NCBI RefSeq assembly: GCF_001194135.2
Contig: NC_068985.1
Span: 47,110,868-47,174,867 of the forward strand
DNA from: Octopus bimaculoides
Lineage: Eukaryota
Reading direction: 5' to 3'
DNA: 64,000 bases
Under the pieces are notes generated by a model. That model was not told the DNA's origin and did not search any database. It was given only the letters and a program-made list of their open reading frames with translations. The translations under genes and the position numbers were made by a program. Positions 51,321 through 64,000 of this stretch are shown here, piece after piece; the stretch's first letter is position 1, and each line of letters begins with the position of its first letter.

Positions 51321-52019
51321 TATATATACATACACACATACATACATATATACATACATACATATATACACGCATGCATACATACATGCATTCATGCATG
51401 CATACCTGCATGCAGAGATAATGTTGCAAGTAAACAGGTTTATTTGCATCATTATCTCCATATCTGCTCACCTGGAAATCCCAATTTAACCACTCTTAAC
51501 CCTACGGATTTAGTCCTCGGTAAAGATTTCGGAGCGTAAGTTGAAATGATATCAGCGCTACAAAAATGTATTCTATCTTTGTATCTCATCTGTTGATTCT
51601 ATATATACATACACAGATACACACTCACACACATACATACATATATACATACATATATANNNNNNNNNNNNNNNNNNNNNNNNNNNNNNNNNNNNNNNNN
51701 NNNNNNNNNNNNNNNNNNNNNNNNNNNNNNNNTATACACACAGAAAGAGAGAGAGAGAGAAGGAGGAGGGGGAGAGAAAGGGTAAGATGTAACAGCAACA
51801 GTTGTGTAAATTTTCAGTAGCTCATCCATCACCACGCCGCTACATCAAACAATTTTTTTTTCCTATTTATGCTCAAAAAGATTAAAATTAGTATTTCTAG
51901 CTTCGATTTCTTTTTTGTCTTTGTTTTATTTTATTTTTTTTCATTTCTCGTGTGTTAGATCTTTTATATCGTCTTAAAGAACTCTGTAAGCTATACAATA
52001 TCTTCATTTTCAACACCAC

Positions 52020-53047
52020 GTTGACGACGACGATAGAGATGTTGATGATAAACATGATTGTCTTCTTCATCATCCTTATCATTATCATTAACATCCTCCT
52101 CTTCATCTTTCTGCTCCTCCTCCTCATCTTCCTCTTCCTCTTCCTGCTCCTCCTCCTTCTTCTCCTCCTTCTTCTCCTCCTGTTCCTCCTCCCCTTCCTC
52201 CTCCTCCTCGTTCTTTTCCGCCTTCTGGTCTTCATCGCCACGATGATCATCTTACTGCTTTATTAGTGCTATCGCTTCAGATGTAGTGTTTATTGCAGTG
52301 TCAATGGCCGTCACTGGGATTATTGTTGTTAGTGCTGTTGTTGTTGTTGTTCGTGGTGGTTCTGGTGCTGGTGGTGTTATTATTTTTAAAGCGATTTCTC
52401 TGTGTAGGTGTTACATAGCAGTCAATCATTCATAAGTGATGAGAGATTTATTGTTCTTATGCATCTTGGTTGCTTTAATAACAAGAACAACAACAACGAT
52501 AGCGACGACAATGATGTTGATGATTTTGATGATGGTGATGACGACGACGACGACGACGATGATGATGATGATGAATAAAATGACGATGATGATGATGATT
52601 ATGATGATGATGATCATGAAAATGATGATGATGATGATGATGATGGTGGTGTTTATATATATTTAAATCTGTATTGGTAATTGTCAGTACCACTTCTGTA
52701 TATCGTCACTGCTATCATCATCATCATCATCATTGTCATCATTATCGTTGTCGTCGTCATCGGCGTCATCATCGTCATCATCATCTTCATCAACGTCATC
52801 ATCATCATTGTCATCATCATTGTCATCATCATCATCATAAGCATCATTACTACCACAAATCACCAACGCATATATTAATATCTCCGTCATCATCAACATC
52901 CTCGTCCTGCACCTCACCATCATCTTCAGCATCATCTTCATTATCATTGTTCTCATCATTTTCTTCGTCATCGTCATCATCATCATCGTCGTCGTCATCG
53001 TCATCGTCGTCGTCGTCATCGTCATCGTCATCGTAGTCGTAAACAAT

Positions 53048-53118
<71 letters not shown>

Positions 53119-53130
53119 TATCATCATCCT
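52020..53130. repeat. Large compound triplet tract (CTC/CTT, GAT/GAC, ATC/GTC)
   Basis: Read directly from the sequence; this tract is the source of the spurious poly-D/H/M/S ORFs. Confidence 0.95.
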
Positions 53131-54590
53131 GAATATTTACCTCATAGTCTCTGCTGTTTTCTATCACCTATCTGAATGTGATGCTCATTGTCTTAGAAAT
53201 CTTTATTTATCATGTGTCATTCTGTGAATGGGCGTGTGGGTCTGTGTTTGCATTCGCTTCTCATCCTGTTGCGGTGAGATTGTGTCGCAGTGTGCCGTTC
53301 ACTCTCTGTGTCTGTGTGCGCATGCGTATGTGTGTGTGTGTGTGTACGTCTTTGTATGTGCGTGTGTATGTATGTGTATGTATACGTGTATGCGTGTGGG
53401 GGTGTATATCGCTATGGATTACTGTGCTAGTGTGTAGGTGGTTGTACTTTAGTAGAAATTTTCTCTAGGTGTTTCTGTTGCTTTCTATAAATGCATATAA
53501 CATATATATTGTATAATATATTAGTGCTATTTATTTGTCTCTTTCAATCGGCTTTTGGTGTTGTTTGTTATTCCATGTGGGATATTGTCATCTTGCTTTT
53601 GTTGTTATTGCAGCATTTTGACATGTTTAGGTATATATACACATAAATACGCACACGCACACACACACGCGCGCGCGCATACACACACGCACACACACAC
53701 ACACACACACATACATACAGGCAAACCCGCATCTACATTCTTGCGCATATTTTTAAATGAATATAAACACATTTGCGTGTGTGTGTGTATTTCTGTACTT
53801 ATAAATAAAAGGTGTGCATATATAAATAAATGATGTATATGAATAATTTCATTAAAATCATTTTAAATTACCAAAACCAAACAGCGGCAGAAAATGGCAA
53901 ACCAAAGACAAAATCAATGACGAAAACTTGTCAAAATGCGATGAGATCTAAATATTTTTTTCACACTTCCATAAAATTAAGTGTAGTTAAAATGTGAAAG
54001 GTTTTTAAAATAGTTTGCCATAGTGAATTTGGAGGCAATAATTAACTTTTGTGAAAATTATAGCAAATATATTCAGACAACCAGAATTAGAAAAAACAAA
54101 CAATAAAAAAAAGAGGAAGATTTTAAGCACACTCAATAAATAAAACATATATGAAGAAAATGCACAGATGTATCTAAACGTAGTATATGTAAAGAATTCG
54201 TGCAATAAAAATCAGCATATACATCCATACATTTGTTTTAAATATGTGAAATTTTACGGGAACTTGAAAAAATTTGGTAATTTTTCTGTCGGCATTTTGA
54301 CAACTTAAAAATAGGGTGTGAAATCTTCCCGATTTAAAAAGCTGCCGTGGTTTCAGCTTTATCTTAAATTTAATCTACTATTCATTCTTGCTTTAAAACA
54401 CAAACTTTTTTTCATATATAACAACGGCTAGCATAGACATTGGCGAGACAACTCTTTAAACTATACACTTGTGAAAATCAATTGCGAAACCGGTCAAGTG
54501 TATTCATATATTTTAAGATATAATTAAATTCTAATTATTTTAGCTTCAATTCATCTATCCATTCACTTGATTGGATTAATGAGAATTTTA

Positions 54591-54642
<52 letters not shown>

Positions 54643-55366
54643 CACGCATAATGAATATGATCTGGTAGTTACGAAGTTATCTTCTAAACTAAGTACTTTT
54701 AGATTTAGTCACACCTTGCTTAAGTACCTTCTATTGCTCTTTTCGCCAACAAAATTCACTCACGACATGCCATGTAACATCTTGCTTCGCGAAAGGAGGT
54801 TGCGATTGTAGGCAGCAGACTTAGAAATACCTACATATATGTAGTTACTCTATGTCGAGGCAGTACGACATAGAATAAGTGCCAAGGTTAAAAAGAAAAA
54901 AGACGAGTACATTCGTCTAAGTTTTTCTAGGTGGTGTCCCAGCATGGCCGCAGTCTCACGACTGAAGCAAGTAGAATATAAAATATAGTAACAGTTTCAC
55001 ACCACGCCCCAATGTTTAAAGTTTCGTGGCCAAAAGTCAAGTCCGCATCATCAGATGTTCGAGCATGAAACGGCGCTGTGAGTGAAAGAAAATGATCCGA
55101 CAATATAAACGACGTTGCCAACATGATCCCCCAGCCTACAAATTCAATCCTTTGTGACATTTTTACATCTGAAACTAGTCTAGAAGCCATATTTAACTTC
55201 TAATCCTAACATCAGCTGCAATGTTTTTAAGGTTCCACTTGTTATTGACCTGTCCATTTCCTGGTTCAGTTTATAGGGAAAATATTATCTCGATTGTGCT
55301 CGCATTTTCCAGAACATACTTATATTAATGTAAGAATTATGTATGTGCGTGAACATCTGATATATA

Positions 55367-55587
55367 TTGGGTTGTCCGGAAAGTTCGTGCCGATTTATAG
55401 TAGCTTACCTTTCGACTTATATGCCATGGAACCACCTCAATTCTGGGAAGAGGGTAATTAAAAGAAAGACGGAGACGCATTGTGCAACAAAATGGTTCAT
55501 ATTTGGTTGATTAAAAATGTAATGGTAAGTATTTATTGACCTTTTTCTTTCCTTTAAAAATCGGCACGAACTTTCCGGACGACCCAA
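55367..55587 (+). mobile_element. Mariner-derived MITE (221 bp)
   Basis: 30-bp TIRs ttgggttgtccggaaagttcgtgccgattt / aaatcggcacgaactttccggacgacccaa (1 mismatch), TA on both sides (55365-66, 55588-89). The interior retains transposase C-terminal codons (PPQFWEEG...RWRRIVQQNGSYLVD*-like). Confidence 0.92.
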
Positions 55588-55594
55588 TAGAAAA

Positions 55595-55876
55595 GACGCG
55601 TGATTTAGTGGCCAAGGTATTTGGCCCACGATTTTACGATCGAGTGTTTCCCGGCAGTGTGTAAGACACTATTTCTCCTTATCCCAGTCCATTCAGCTGG
55701 CAAAAATGAGTTGTGTCTGTAATTCAAAGAGCCAGCCTTTTCACATTGTGTGTCACGCTGAATCTGCCCGAGAACTACGTTAAGGGTACGCATATCTGTG
55801 GAGTGCTCAGCCACTTCCATGTTCCGTTGATCCGATGAACTGGAACCACATGTCGTCGTAACTGACGGAGAGCCAG
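55595..55876 (+). mobile_element. SINE family C
   Basis: tRNA-like head, ccagtccattcagctggcaaaaatgagttg core and tgtggagtgctcagccactt body; homologous to 61795-62090. Confidence 0.85.
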
Positions 55877-58800
55877 ACACAGCTACAATTTTTATACACA
55901 GAAATATTTGGCGTACAGTAAATGATTTGAAATTTTATAATTTTCTAGAAACTAACAGGAAATTAATTAATTGTTTAACCATTAAACAAATCATATCCTG
56001 CTGAATAATAAATAAAGGGAGAACTCAAAACACTTGCTATTTGTCCTTTGGGGCTAACAAATCTGGTAACATTATTATAGTAATAAGGAAACTTCTTTGA
56101 AGACTTTACTTGATTTTACATTTGTTATTTTCATTAGCAACCCAATTTAGAGCAACACAATTAGAAAATATACTTTGACCACAGTTTATACTTTGTGCTA
56201 CAACGTTCGATAATTGGAGTAGTAAAGGGGATTCTACGAATCACACAATTTGCTCCAAATAACAGCAAAACTCCAAGATTACCCAATAGTTATGTTTTGT
56301 ATGTCCTTACACATGCACTCACACATATATGTATATATGTGTGTGTGCGTATGTGGATGTGAGCGAGTGTGTATATGTTTATAGATACATATAAGTGTGT
56401 GTGTGTGTATTTGTATGTATGTACCTATCTATCTGAGTAATGTCGTCTACGATATATCAGACTGTAATCAGAGCCGTATTGATCATGGCTTTGAACATAT
56501 TCCCACATGGTCTCCCTTTTCAGAGTTGACACGGAGAACAATTTAGACGGGCAGCTATGACAATAAATATATATAAACACCCCCACACCCGCACCCCCCC
56601 CCACACACATACGTGCACACACACATACGTGCACACACACACAAATGTGTATGTGTTTATGTATATGTGTGTGCGTATGCAAGGGCAAGAACACGCAATT
56701 CTATGTGAATATTTTATNNNNNNNNNNNNNNNNNNNNNNNNNNNNNNNNNNNNNNNATATATATATATATATATATATAGTTCTGAAGTTGGGTTACAAC
56801 AAATGAGCCAATAAGACGATGCCTTTCAGTTGCTGGAAATAGCACTCGAATTCTGCCTCAAATCGAACACGAAACTGATTCGCCTCAACAGAGAAGGATA
56901 CTTTAAAGTCTTAAAGTTCCTTAAAAAGATGGTTATATGTGTACGTACTATACATAGAATGTTTTTGGTCATGCTGCAATAACACCACCAACAGCAACAT
57001 CAGCATTAGATATATTTCTTTAAATAGTCGAAACTCTTCTAAAACGATTAGTGAAATCTTTTCTCCATAATAATTTTTAACTTGGCAAGTCAATTTGTAT
57101 CTGTGGATGTATTAGCAATAATCTACATTTCAACTTGTCATGTGAAATAATCTGACACGTAATTAAAACGAGATACGCCCCCTGTTCCTCTCAGTAAGAT
57201 ATTAATTTGATAAAGGTAAAGCTTATGTGTCTAGCTCAAATTTTAAAAAAAGTGAAGAATAACAAAAAAACAAAAAAAAACAACAAAATCAACACGAATC
57301 TCATTATTTCTTTAATTATAAAACATACTCACACCTGTACTCACATCCACTACCACCATCACCAGCAACAACAACAACACCAAGGTCGCCACACGCAACA
57401 TGTTTTTGAATGCATACATTAAGATATTTTGCACACCCAGTCGTAAATGAAGCATTTATTCAAATGAATGTTCTTTCAATATATGTGTATGCATTCAAAG
57501 CATTGCACTAAGGAACATATAAACGCATACCCAGAGAAAACAGCTTTGATATGTTGAAAATAAATATGAAATATATGATTCCGTGTTCTTCTTCTGTATA
57601 TCCGGGAAGTCACTTTGGTCGAGCCCATCAGAGTTGAGATTGTATAGATTGACTATGTAGTAGGATATATAGTAGGAAGTGGGAACTTAGCGATATCTTT
57701 GTTTACATAAATGTTTCTCATACGAAAACGTTTGAACGCCAACAGAACTAAACCATTAATTTCATTATCAATATGCATTTGTAGATAATTTCAAGATATA
57801 ACCTTTAATTTCACCCGACAAGTAATCTATGTTCAACAATACAAACACACTTCTATTCATTGAACTAATTAAATTATCTTTGTATGGTTTCTTAGTGGAG
57901 TATAGATAAGCTAAGATGAACATCAAATTAATTCAGGCAACTATTGGCAGACTGTACAAGTTTACAAGTATATTTATAGCAATAGTATAAGGCAGTATAT
58001 AGAACATGTCGCAGAGTTTCGACCGTTTGTATTGTTACAATAATATGACTTTATTTACATAGAAGTTGATACACTTATTTTGTGATGTCGTACATTTATA
58101 ACGTATGTTTTCCTTCACATGGTGCAAGTAAGTGTTAGATAAAACCATGCGGCAAAGTATATGGAGTTCGGTCTATGTGCATGTTGATAATTAGATAATA
58201 AAATTTACACCCTAAGCTCCCTGGGATATCAGTCTCGCTCCTGCATGAATATATATATATAAAAGAAATAATTGAGATTCACTTGAATTAGATACTTAAG
58301 CTGAAGTAGTCTATTCTTAGATAAAATAGCAACAACATGAATATCTTCCACCTTCTTATATTAATGTGTCCTACTTGTTACAATTCTATTTATCTATTTG
58401 AGTAGCTGAAGATAGCACTGAATTTAATTTGCTGTAATCATTGCATTTTTCAATCAAATGGGGAAGCTTGAAAGGGTCGCACTGTCTCACTACTTGATAT
58501 CCTGATGCTTATTTTGATATATATATATATATGTATATAATATTAGGATTATGAAATGGGCTCTGCTACAATCCTATGCATTAGTTGCATACACATGCAC
58601 AAACATGTGATGATGGTGTATAAGTAGACGAGTATTACAGGGGCAATTGAATTGTTTGGTGAACCAAAGTTGATAGAATGTAAATCCGAAATAGTTTGGT
58701 TAACGTATACTAAAATGGGACATGCTGGTAGGATAGACTCAAAGCGCAAAACAAACAAAAAAAAAATTACTAAAGGAGTCTATACGATTTGAAGATTCCG

Positions 58801-59384
58801 ATGCCAGATATACCACTTTCAAAATATTACACACACGGAAGCCCTATTTCTCATGGATGAAAGACCATTTGTCTAGAACTCGGAAAGAGGTGTCTGGTAG
58901 ATCTGCCATAGATATGACTATGTTGATATCGTACTGGCTATTCGAGATAAGAGAAAACGACTAATGATGATAAATAGGGAGAGTTTATGACTAGTCCCAT
59001 TATGTTTAAGATATTAGTATTTAGCCCTAGGACAGAATCATCGTGCACATGTATACCAAAAGATGCTCCGGTCGAGACTTCCCCATAAAAGGCGACAATA
59101 AAATTAACAAACTTGTATTTCCTATTTTAAAATAGAAAGGTGGGATTTTAAAGAGATATAACTATCGTAACTAGCACGTAGATCGAATGCAGGAAGGCTT
59201 GTACGTTAACTGGATGTTTGAATTGTTGAAGGGGAATGTGGCAGATAGCTCGGTGGGCTCTTCTTGATTAATGAGAATGAGCTGAACTTTTGAATTTTCT
59301 CCGAAGGCTAGTCGTTCAAACGTACTTCTTATCGTTTCTATCTTTCTATTATAGAATGCCTTCTTCTTTGTCGTTTAAAAATTC

Positions 59385-59525
59385 TTCAACCTGGTGCCAC
59401 AGCATGACCACAGTCTAATGACTGAAGCAAGTAAAATAAAAAAAATTCTTGAGTCGGTACGCTTAACTAAAAATTCTTCAAGGCGGTACCCCAGCATGGC
59501 CACAGCCTAGTGACTGAAACAAGTA
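59385..59525 (+). mobile_element. Two tandem SINE family B tails
   Basis: ggtgccacagcatgaccacagtctaatgactgaagcaagtaaaa, then gcggtaccccagcatggccacagcctagtgactgaaacaagtaaaa. Confidence 0.75.
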
Positions 59526-59585
59526 AAAAAAACAAACCAAACGTAACCAAAAAATATAACCGCTTTCACACTTTAACTATATTTA

Positions 59586-59810
59586 ATTCTTTATTGCCTA
59601 CAGGGGGCTAAACACAGGGGACTAACAAGGACAGACAAAGAGATTAAGTCGGTTACATTGACCACGGCACGTAAATGGTACTTATTTAATTGACCTTAGA
59701 AGGATGAAAGGCAAAGTTGACCTCGGCGGAATTTGAACTCAAAACGTAAAGACAGACGAAATACAGCTAAACATTTCGCCCGGCGTGCTAAAAATTCTGC
59801 CAGCTCGCCG
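59586..59810 (-). mobile_element. SINE family A (same subfamily as 47976-48201)
   Basis: aaggatgaaaggcaaagttgacctcggcggaatttgaactcaaaacgtaaagacagacgaaatacagctaaacatttcgcccggcgtgcta. Confidence 0.9.
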
Positions 59811-60392
59811 CTTTTTCACACTTTAATTATAGGGGTTTTGTCCGAGGGGGTGTTTTGTCTAGGGGGATCTTGTCCTACACTCACAAATATGTGTGTGTGT
59901 GTGTGTGTGTGTGCGCGCTTGTAAATACGGCTGTGCACATATGTGTGGGCATGCATGCTTGTGTCTGTGTATGTATTTATGTATATATGTAAATATTTGT
60001 GTTTGCATACTGGCATTTCCAATAAAAAGTCTTATACACATTTCTACACAAAGTAGTATTTTTGGATGACGTAAAAAAACAAACTAATACATACTCACGC
60101 AATAACGTATATTCATAAATGCAAAACGTTTCTAGTTATCTTGTTGTTTATCTTCTTTCCCCAATTCTGTGTCCATGTATATACATCAATTTATATATAT
60201 CAACTTAAATATAAGTTGATGTCTTTTGGAGAGTGACCGGATGTTGCCCTCATTTTCTATTTCCAACCAACGACTTGTGCATTTATGACAAATCTGTTCA
60301 AATTTGAAGTGGAAAATACATTCCTTTCCTCTAAGAAATGCTACAGCAATATAACATAGTAATAGAAACTGAAGTTGATTTAAATTAAGCCG

Positions 60393-60393
<1 letters not shown>

Positions 60394-60459
<66 letters not shown>

Positions 60460-60539
60460 CTTCTTCTTCTTCTTCTTCTTCTTCTTCTTCTTCTTCTTCT
60501 TCTTCTTCTTCTTCTTCTTCTTCTTCTTCTTCTTCTTCT
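60394..60539. repeat. Compound (GTT)(CTT) microsatellite
   Basis: Read directly from the sequence; runs into an N-gap. Confidence 0.95.
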
Positions 60540-61794
60540 NNNNNNNNNNNNNNNNNNNNNNNNNNNNNNNNNNNNNNNNNNNNNNNNNNNNNNNNNNNNN
60601 NNNNNNNNNNNNNNNNNNNNNNNNNNNNNNNNNNNNNNNNNNNNNNNNNNNNNNNNNNNNNNNNNNNNNNNNNNNNNNNNNNNNNNNNNNNNNNNNNNNN
60701 NNNNNNNNNNNNNNNNNNNNNNNNNNNNNNNNNNNNNNNNNNNNNNNNNNNNNNNNNNNNNNNNNNNNNNNNNNNNNNNNNNNNNNNNNNNNNNNNNNNN
60801 NNNNNNNNNNNNNNNNNNNNNNNNNNNNNNNNNNNNNNNNNNNNNNNNNNNNNNNNNNNNNNNNNNNNNNNNNNNNNNNNNNNNNNNNNNNNNNNNNNNN
60901 NNNNNNNNNNNNNNNNNNNNNNNNNNNNNNNNNNNNNNNNNNNNNNNNNNNNNNNNNNNNNNNNNNNNNNNNNNNNNNNNNNNNNNNNNNNNNNNNNNNN
61001 NNNNNNNNNNNNNNNNNNNNNNNNNNNNNNNNNNNNNNNNNNNNNNNNNNNNNNNNNNNNNNNNNNNNNNNNNNNNNNNNNNNNNNNNNNNNNNNNNNNN
61101 NNNNNNNNNNNNNNNNNNNNNNNNNNNNNNNNNNNNNNNNNNNNNNNNNNNNNNNNNNNNNNNNNNNNNNNNNNNNNNNNNNNNNNNNNNNNNNNNNNNN
61201 NNNNNNNNNNNNNNNNNNNNNNNNNNNNNNNNNNNNNNNNNNNNNNNNNNNNNNNNNNNNNNNNNNNNNNNNNNNNNNNNNNNNNNNNNNNNNNNNNNNN
61301 NNNNNNNNNNNNNNNNNNNNNNNNNNNNNNNNNNNNNNNNNNNNNNNNNNNNNNNNNNNNNNNNNNNNNNNNNNNNNNNNNNNNNNNNNNNNNNNNNNNN
61401 NNNNNNNNNNNNNNNNNNNNNNNNNNNNNNNNNNNNNNNNCACACACACACACACACACGCACACACACACACACACACACACATGGTTTATTCTCAGAA
61501 TGCAGGTGCTGTCGATGGGTTTCTTTTACAGGTTTCCATCACACGACTTCATTCACAAGTGACACATATCTTTATTCAATTCTAAATCAATCAAAATGGT
61601 AATATGTATATATACATTTCGAATTTGATTCACAAAATTTTATATGCAAACCATGTAACGAAACATATTTTCATTTGCCACTTTGCCATTATATTTTTAC
61701 TGTATGTCAAGTAGTTTATTCATTAACTAATCAGCAAATTAAATGTGTTACTAATTGCTTGATTTATCAACTGGTTTCTCAAAGTCTTCATGAA

Positions 61795-62090
61795 GGTGCG
61801 TGACTTAGTGCTCAGTGCATTCGGCTCACGATCGTAGGAATATGAGTTCGATTCCGGGCGTTGCCTTCTGCCTTTAAGCAAAACAATTTATTTCACATTG
61901 TTCTAGTTCACTCAACCAGCAAAATGAGCTGTAGCGCTAGTTAAATGAGAAGCCTTGTAACATTTGGTCTGAGACACTGAATCTACCTGTGAACGTTATC
62001 TGTATGCGTGTCTGTGGAGTGCTCATCCACTCGCACGTTAATTTCACTTGCAATCTGTTACGTTGCTCGGATCAAATAGTGCACAGCCCG
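61795..62090 (+). mobile_element. SINE family C
   Basis: B-box gagttcgattcc, cagttcactcaaccagcaaaatgag core and tgtggagtgctcatccactcgcacgttaatttcac body. Confidence 0.8.
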
Positions 62091-62834
62091 ATGTCTTTTT
62101 CTCGCTCTTCGCCATCCGTGGACAAGCAATTGCTTAGTGACCAGGGTAATTAGTGAACTAGTTAGGCAAGAAGCTAAAAGAAAAGCAGAGTAGGTTCAGT
62201 GTATATTATTTTAATGGTATTAATAATAGTCTACTTAATCGACCAAAGTGACAAGGACATATTTTACGGAAAACGGAAGTAAGGGTGTAAAATTTACGTT
62301 AGGGGATATAAATGTAGAACGTAAAAAGACAATACTTAAATACAGCCAGGCATTTTAGTTCGCCGCTCTACCGAACTTACCACCTTGTTAATATCATATA
62401 TATTTAATAGACCCGACGTAAATAGCTGAAAAGAAAACACAGAAAGTATCAAATGACCCAAGTTGAAGCTGAGTAAAACAACAATGATCCTACTACAGGA
62501 AGTCAATGCCCCCATGTCTATCTAAAGGTCAGATTTACAACACTCCAAACTGTCCAATTATATTCTCCTCCTCCAATGTGTTTGTGTGTGTGTGTGTGTG
62601 TGTGTAAGGGCGTTAGCAATGGTGGTTGTGGCGAGGATTCATAAAAACAATGAACTTTAAATTAAACCTTATCTTATACTAACTCGAGACATGTCCCCTA
62701 ATACACAATCGATGTGTGCGTGGGTGGGTGTATGAGATATACATACATACATACATACATACATGCATACACACATACATACATATCTATATATACATAT
62801 GTGTGTGTTTGTGTGTGTGACAGTGTGTATGTAT

Positions 62835-63030
62835 TTTATTATTTTACTTGTTTCAGTTATTTGACTGTGGACATGCTGGAGCATCGAAGAACTCTACCCC
62901 AGGACTGATTCTTTTTAAGCTTAGTACTTAGTTTATCAGTCGCTTATGCCGAACATCTTAGTTACAGGGTCATAAACACGCCAGCATTGGTTGTCAAGCG
63001 ATGGCGGGGGTAGAACACAGACACACGGAC
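62835..63030 (-). mobile_element. SINE family B 3' half
   Basis: ttttacttgtttcagttatttgactgtggacatgctggagc...gccagcattggttgtcaagcgatgg. Confidence 0.8.
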
Positions 63031-63291
63031 ACACACATAAATATATACATAAATATATATACATATGTGTGTATATACATACATATATATATATATATAT
63101 ATANNNNNNNNNNNNNNNNNNNNNNNNNNNNNNNNNNNNNNNNNNNNNNNNNNNNNNNNNNNNNNNNNNNNNNNNNNNNNNNNNNNNNNNNNNNNNNNNN
63201 NNNNNNNNNNNNNNNNNNNNNNNNNNNNNNNNNNNNNNNNNNNNNNNNNNNNNNNNNNNNNNNNNNNATATATATGTATGTATATACACAC

Positions 63292-63330
<39 letters not shown>

Positions 63331-64000
63331 CACTCACACACACATACGTATTCATATACACATATGTAGCTAAAGATGTATACAAACTCTCTCTCTCTCT
63401 CCCTATCTCTCGATATATGTGTGTGCGTGTATGCATGCATGTATGTATAAAACAAAAACAGTGATTAAAAACGAAAATATCAGCAACCACCGAAGGATGA
63501 TTGGAATAAAAGGGGCGGAGCAGTCTTCGGTGAAGTATAGAATCAAAGAAATAGTTATCATGGCTGGACTACATTTCCTCAGACAGACAACTAACATCTG
63601 TGTAAAGGTGGAGAAGAACGGCAACAGCAACAACAATGACGCCACAACCGTCACCACCACCAACACAATCACGTCCATCTACAACAACAATCACTCCTAT
63701 AACCTCTATAGCTTTTAACGATCAAATTAACTCAGCGATAAATGCAGCTTACTCATGAACGAAAACAGGTAAGCAAAAAAAAAGGCATAACAGAACACAC
63801 ATTCAGCGGCGGCGGCGGCAGCAGCAGCATCACCACAAACACCACCACCACCGCTGCTGCTACAACTACTACTACTAATACTACTACTACCACCACCACC
63901 ACCAATTAGTGAACTAGTGAGCCAAGAAGGTAAAAGAAAAGCAAAGCTAGGATTTAAACATAAGACATAACTGGAATGGGCATGAACCTAGTAAAGTACT

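Noticed and set aside
51897-53167. Poly-Arg/Asp/His/Met/Ser ORFs
   Set aside because: Translations of triplet microsatellites in several frames, with no domain content.
56425-56560. YCHSCPSKLF...TLKR as a C2H2 zinc finger
   Set aside because: Spacing is wrong, the first His ligand is absent and there is no TGEKP linker.

Overview
AT-rich, microsatellite-saturated eukaryotic DNA with about 15 N-gaps, most flanked by simple repeats. The composition and SINE families are most consistent with an octopus/coleoid cephalopod genome (inference, not checked against a database). I cannot support any host protein-coding gene, rRNA, true tRNA or CRISPR array. Nearly all long entries in the ORF track are microsatellite or N-gap artefacts. 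The window looks intronic or intergenic and is built from decayed mobile DNA: three tRNA-like SINE families, CR1-like LINE fragments, two groups of restriction-like-endonuclease (RLE) LINEs, Tc1/mariner remnants with a 221-bp MITE, probable hAT remnants and a candidate Helitron 3' end. The two RLE groups are an R4/Dong-like group in (TAA)n tracts and a second family in (TACA)n tracts. The best leads are (i) microsatellite-associated RLE retrotransposons, one carrying a (TACA)n tract inside its own 3' UTR, plus a non-coding TAA-flanked candidate partner element; (ii) several degenerate minimal hammerhead-ribozyme-like motifs of the Penelope type; (iii) fold-back structures that could be ADAR substrates; and (iv) a few weak exon and promoter candidates. 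All alignments and translations were done by eye, so boundaries are approximate. Nothing here is demonstrated to be a new biological system.
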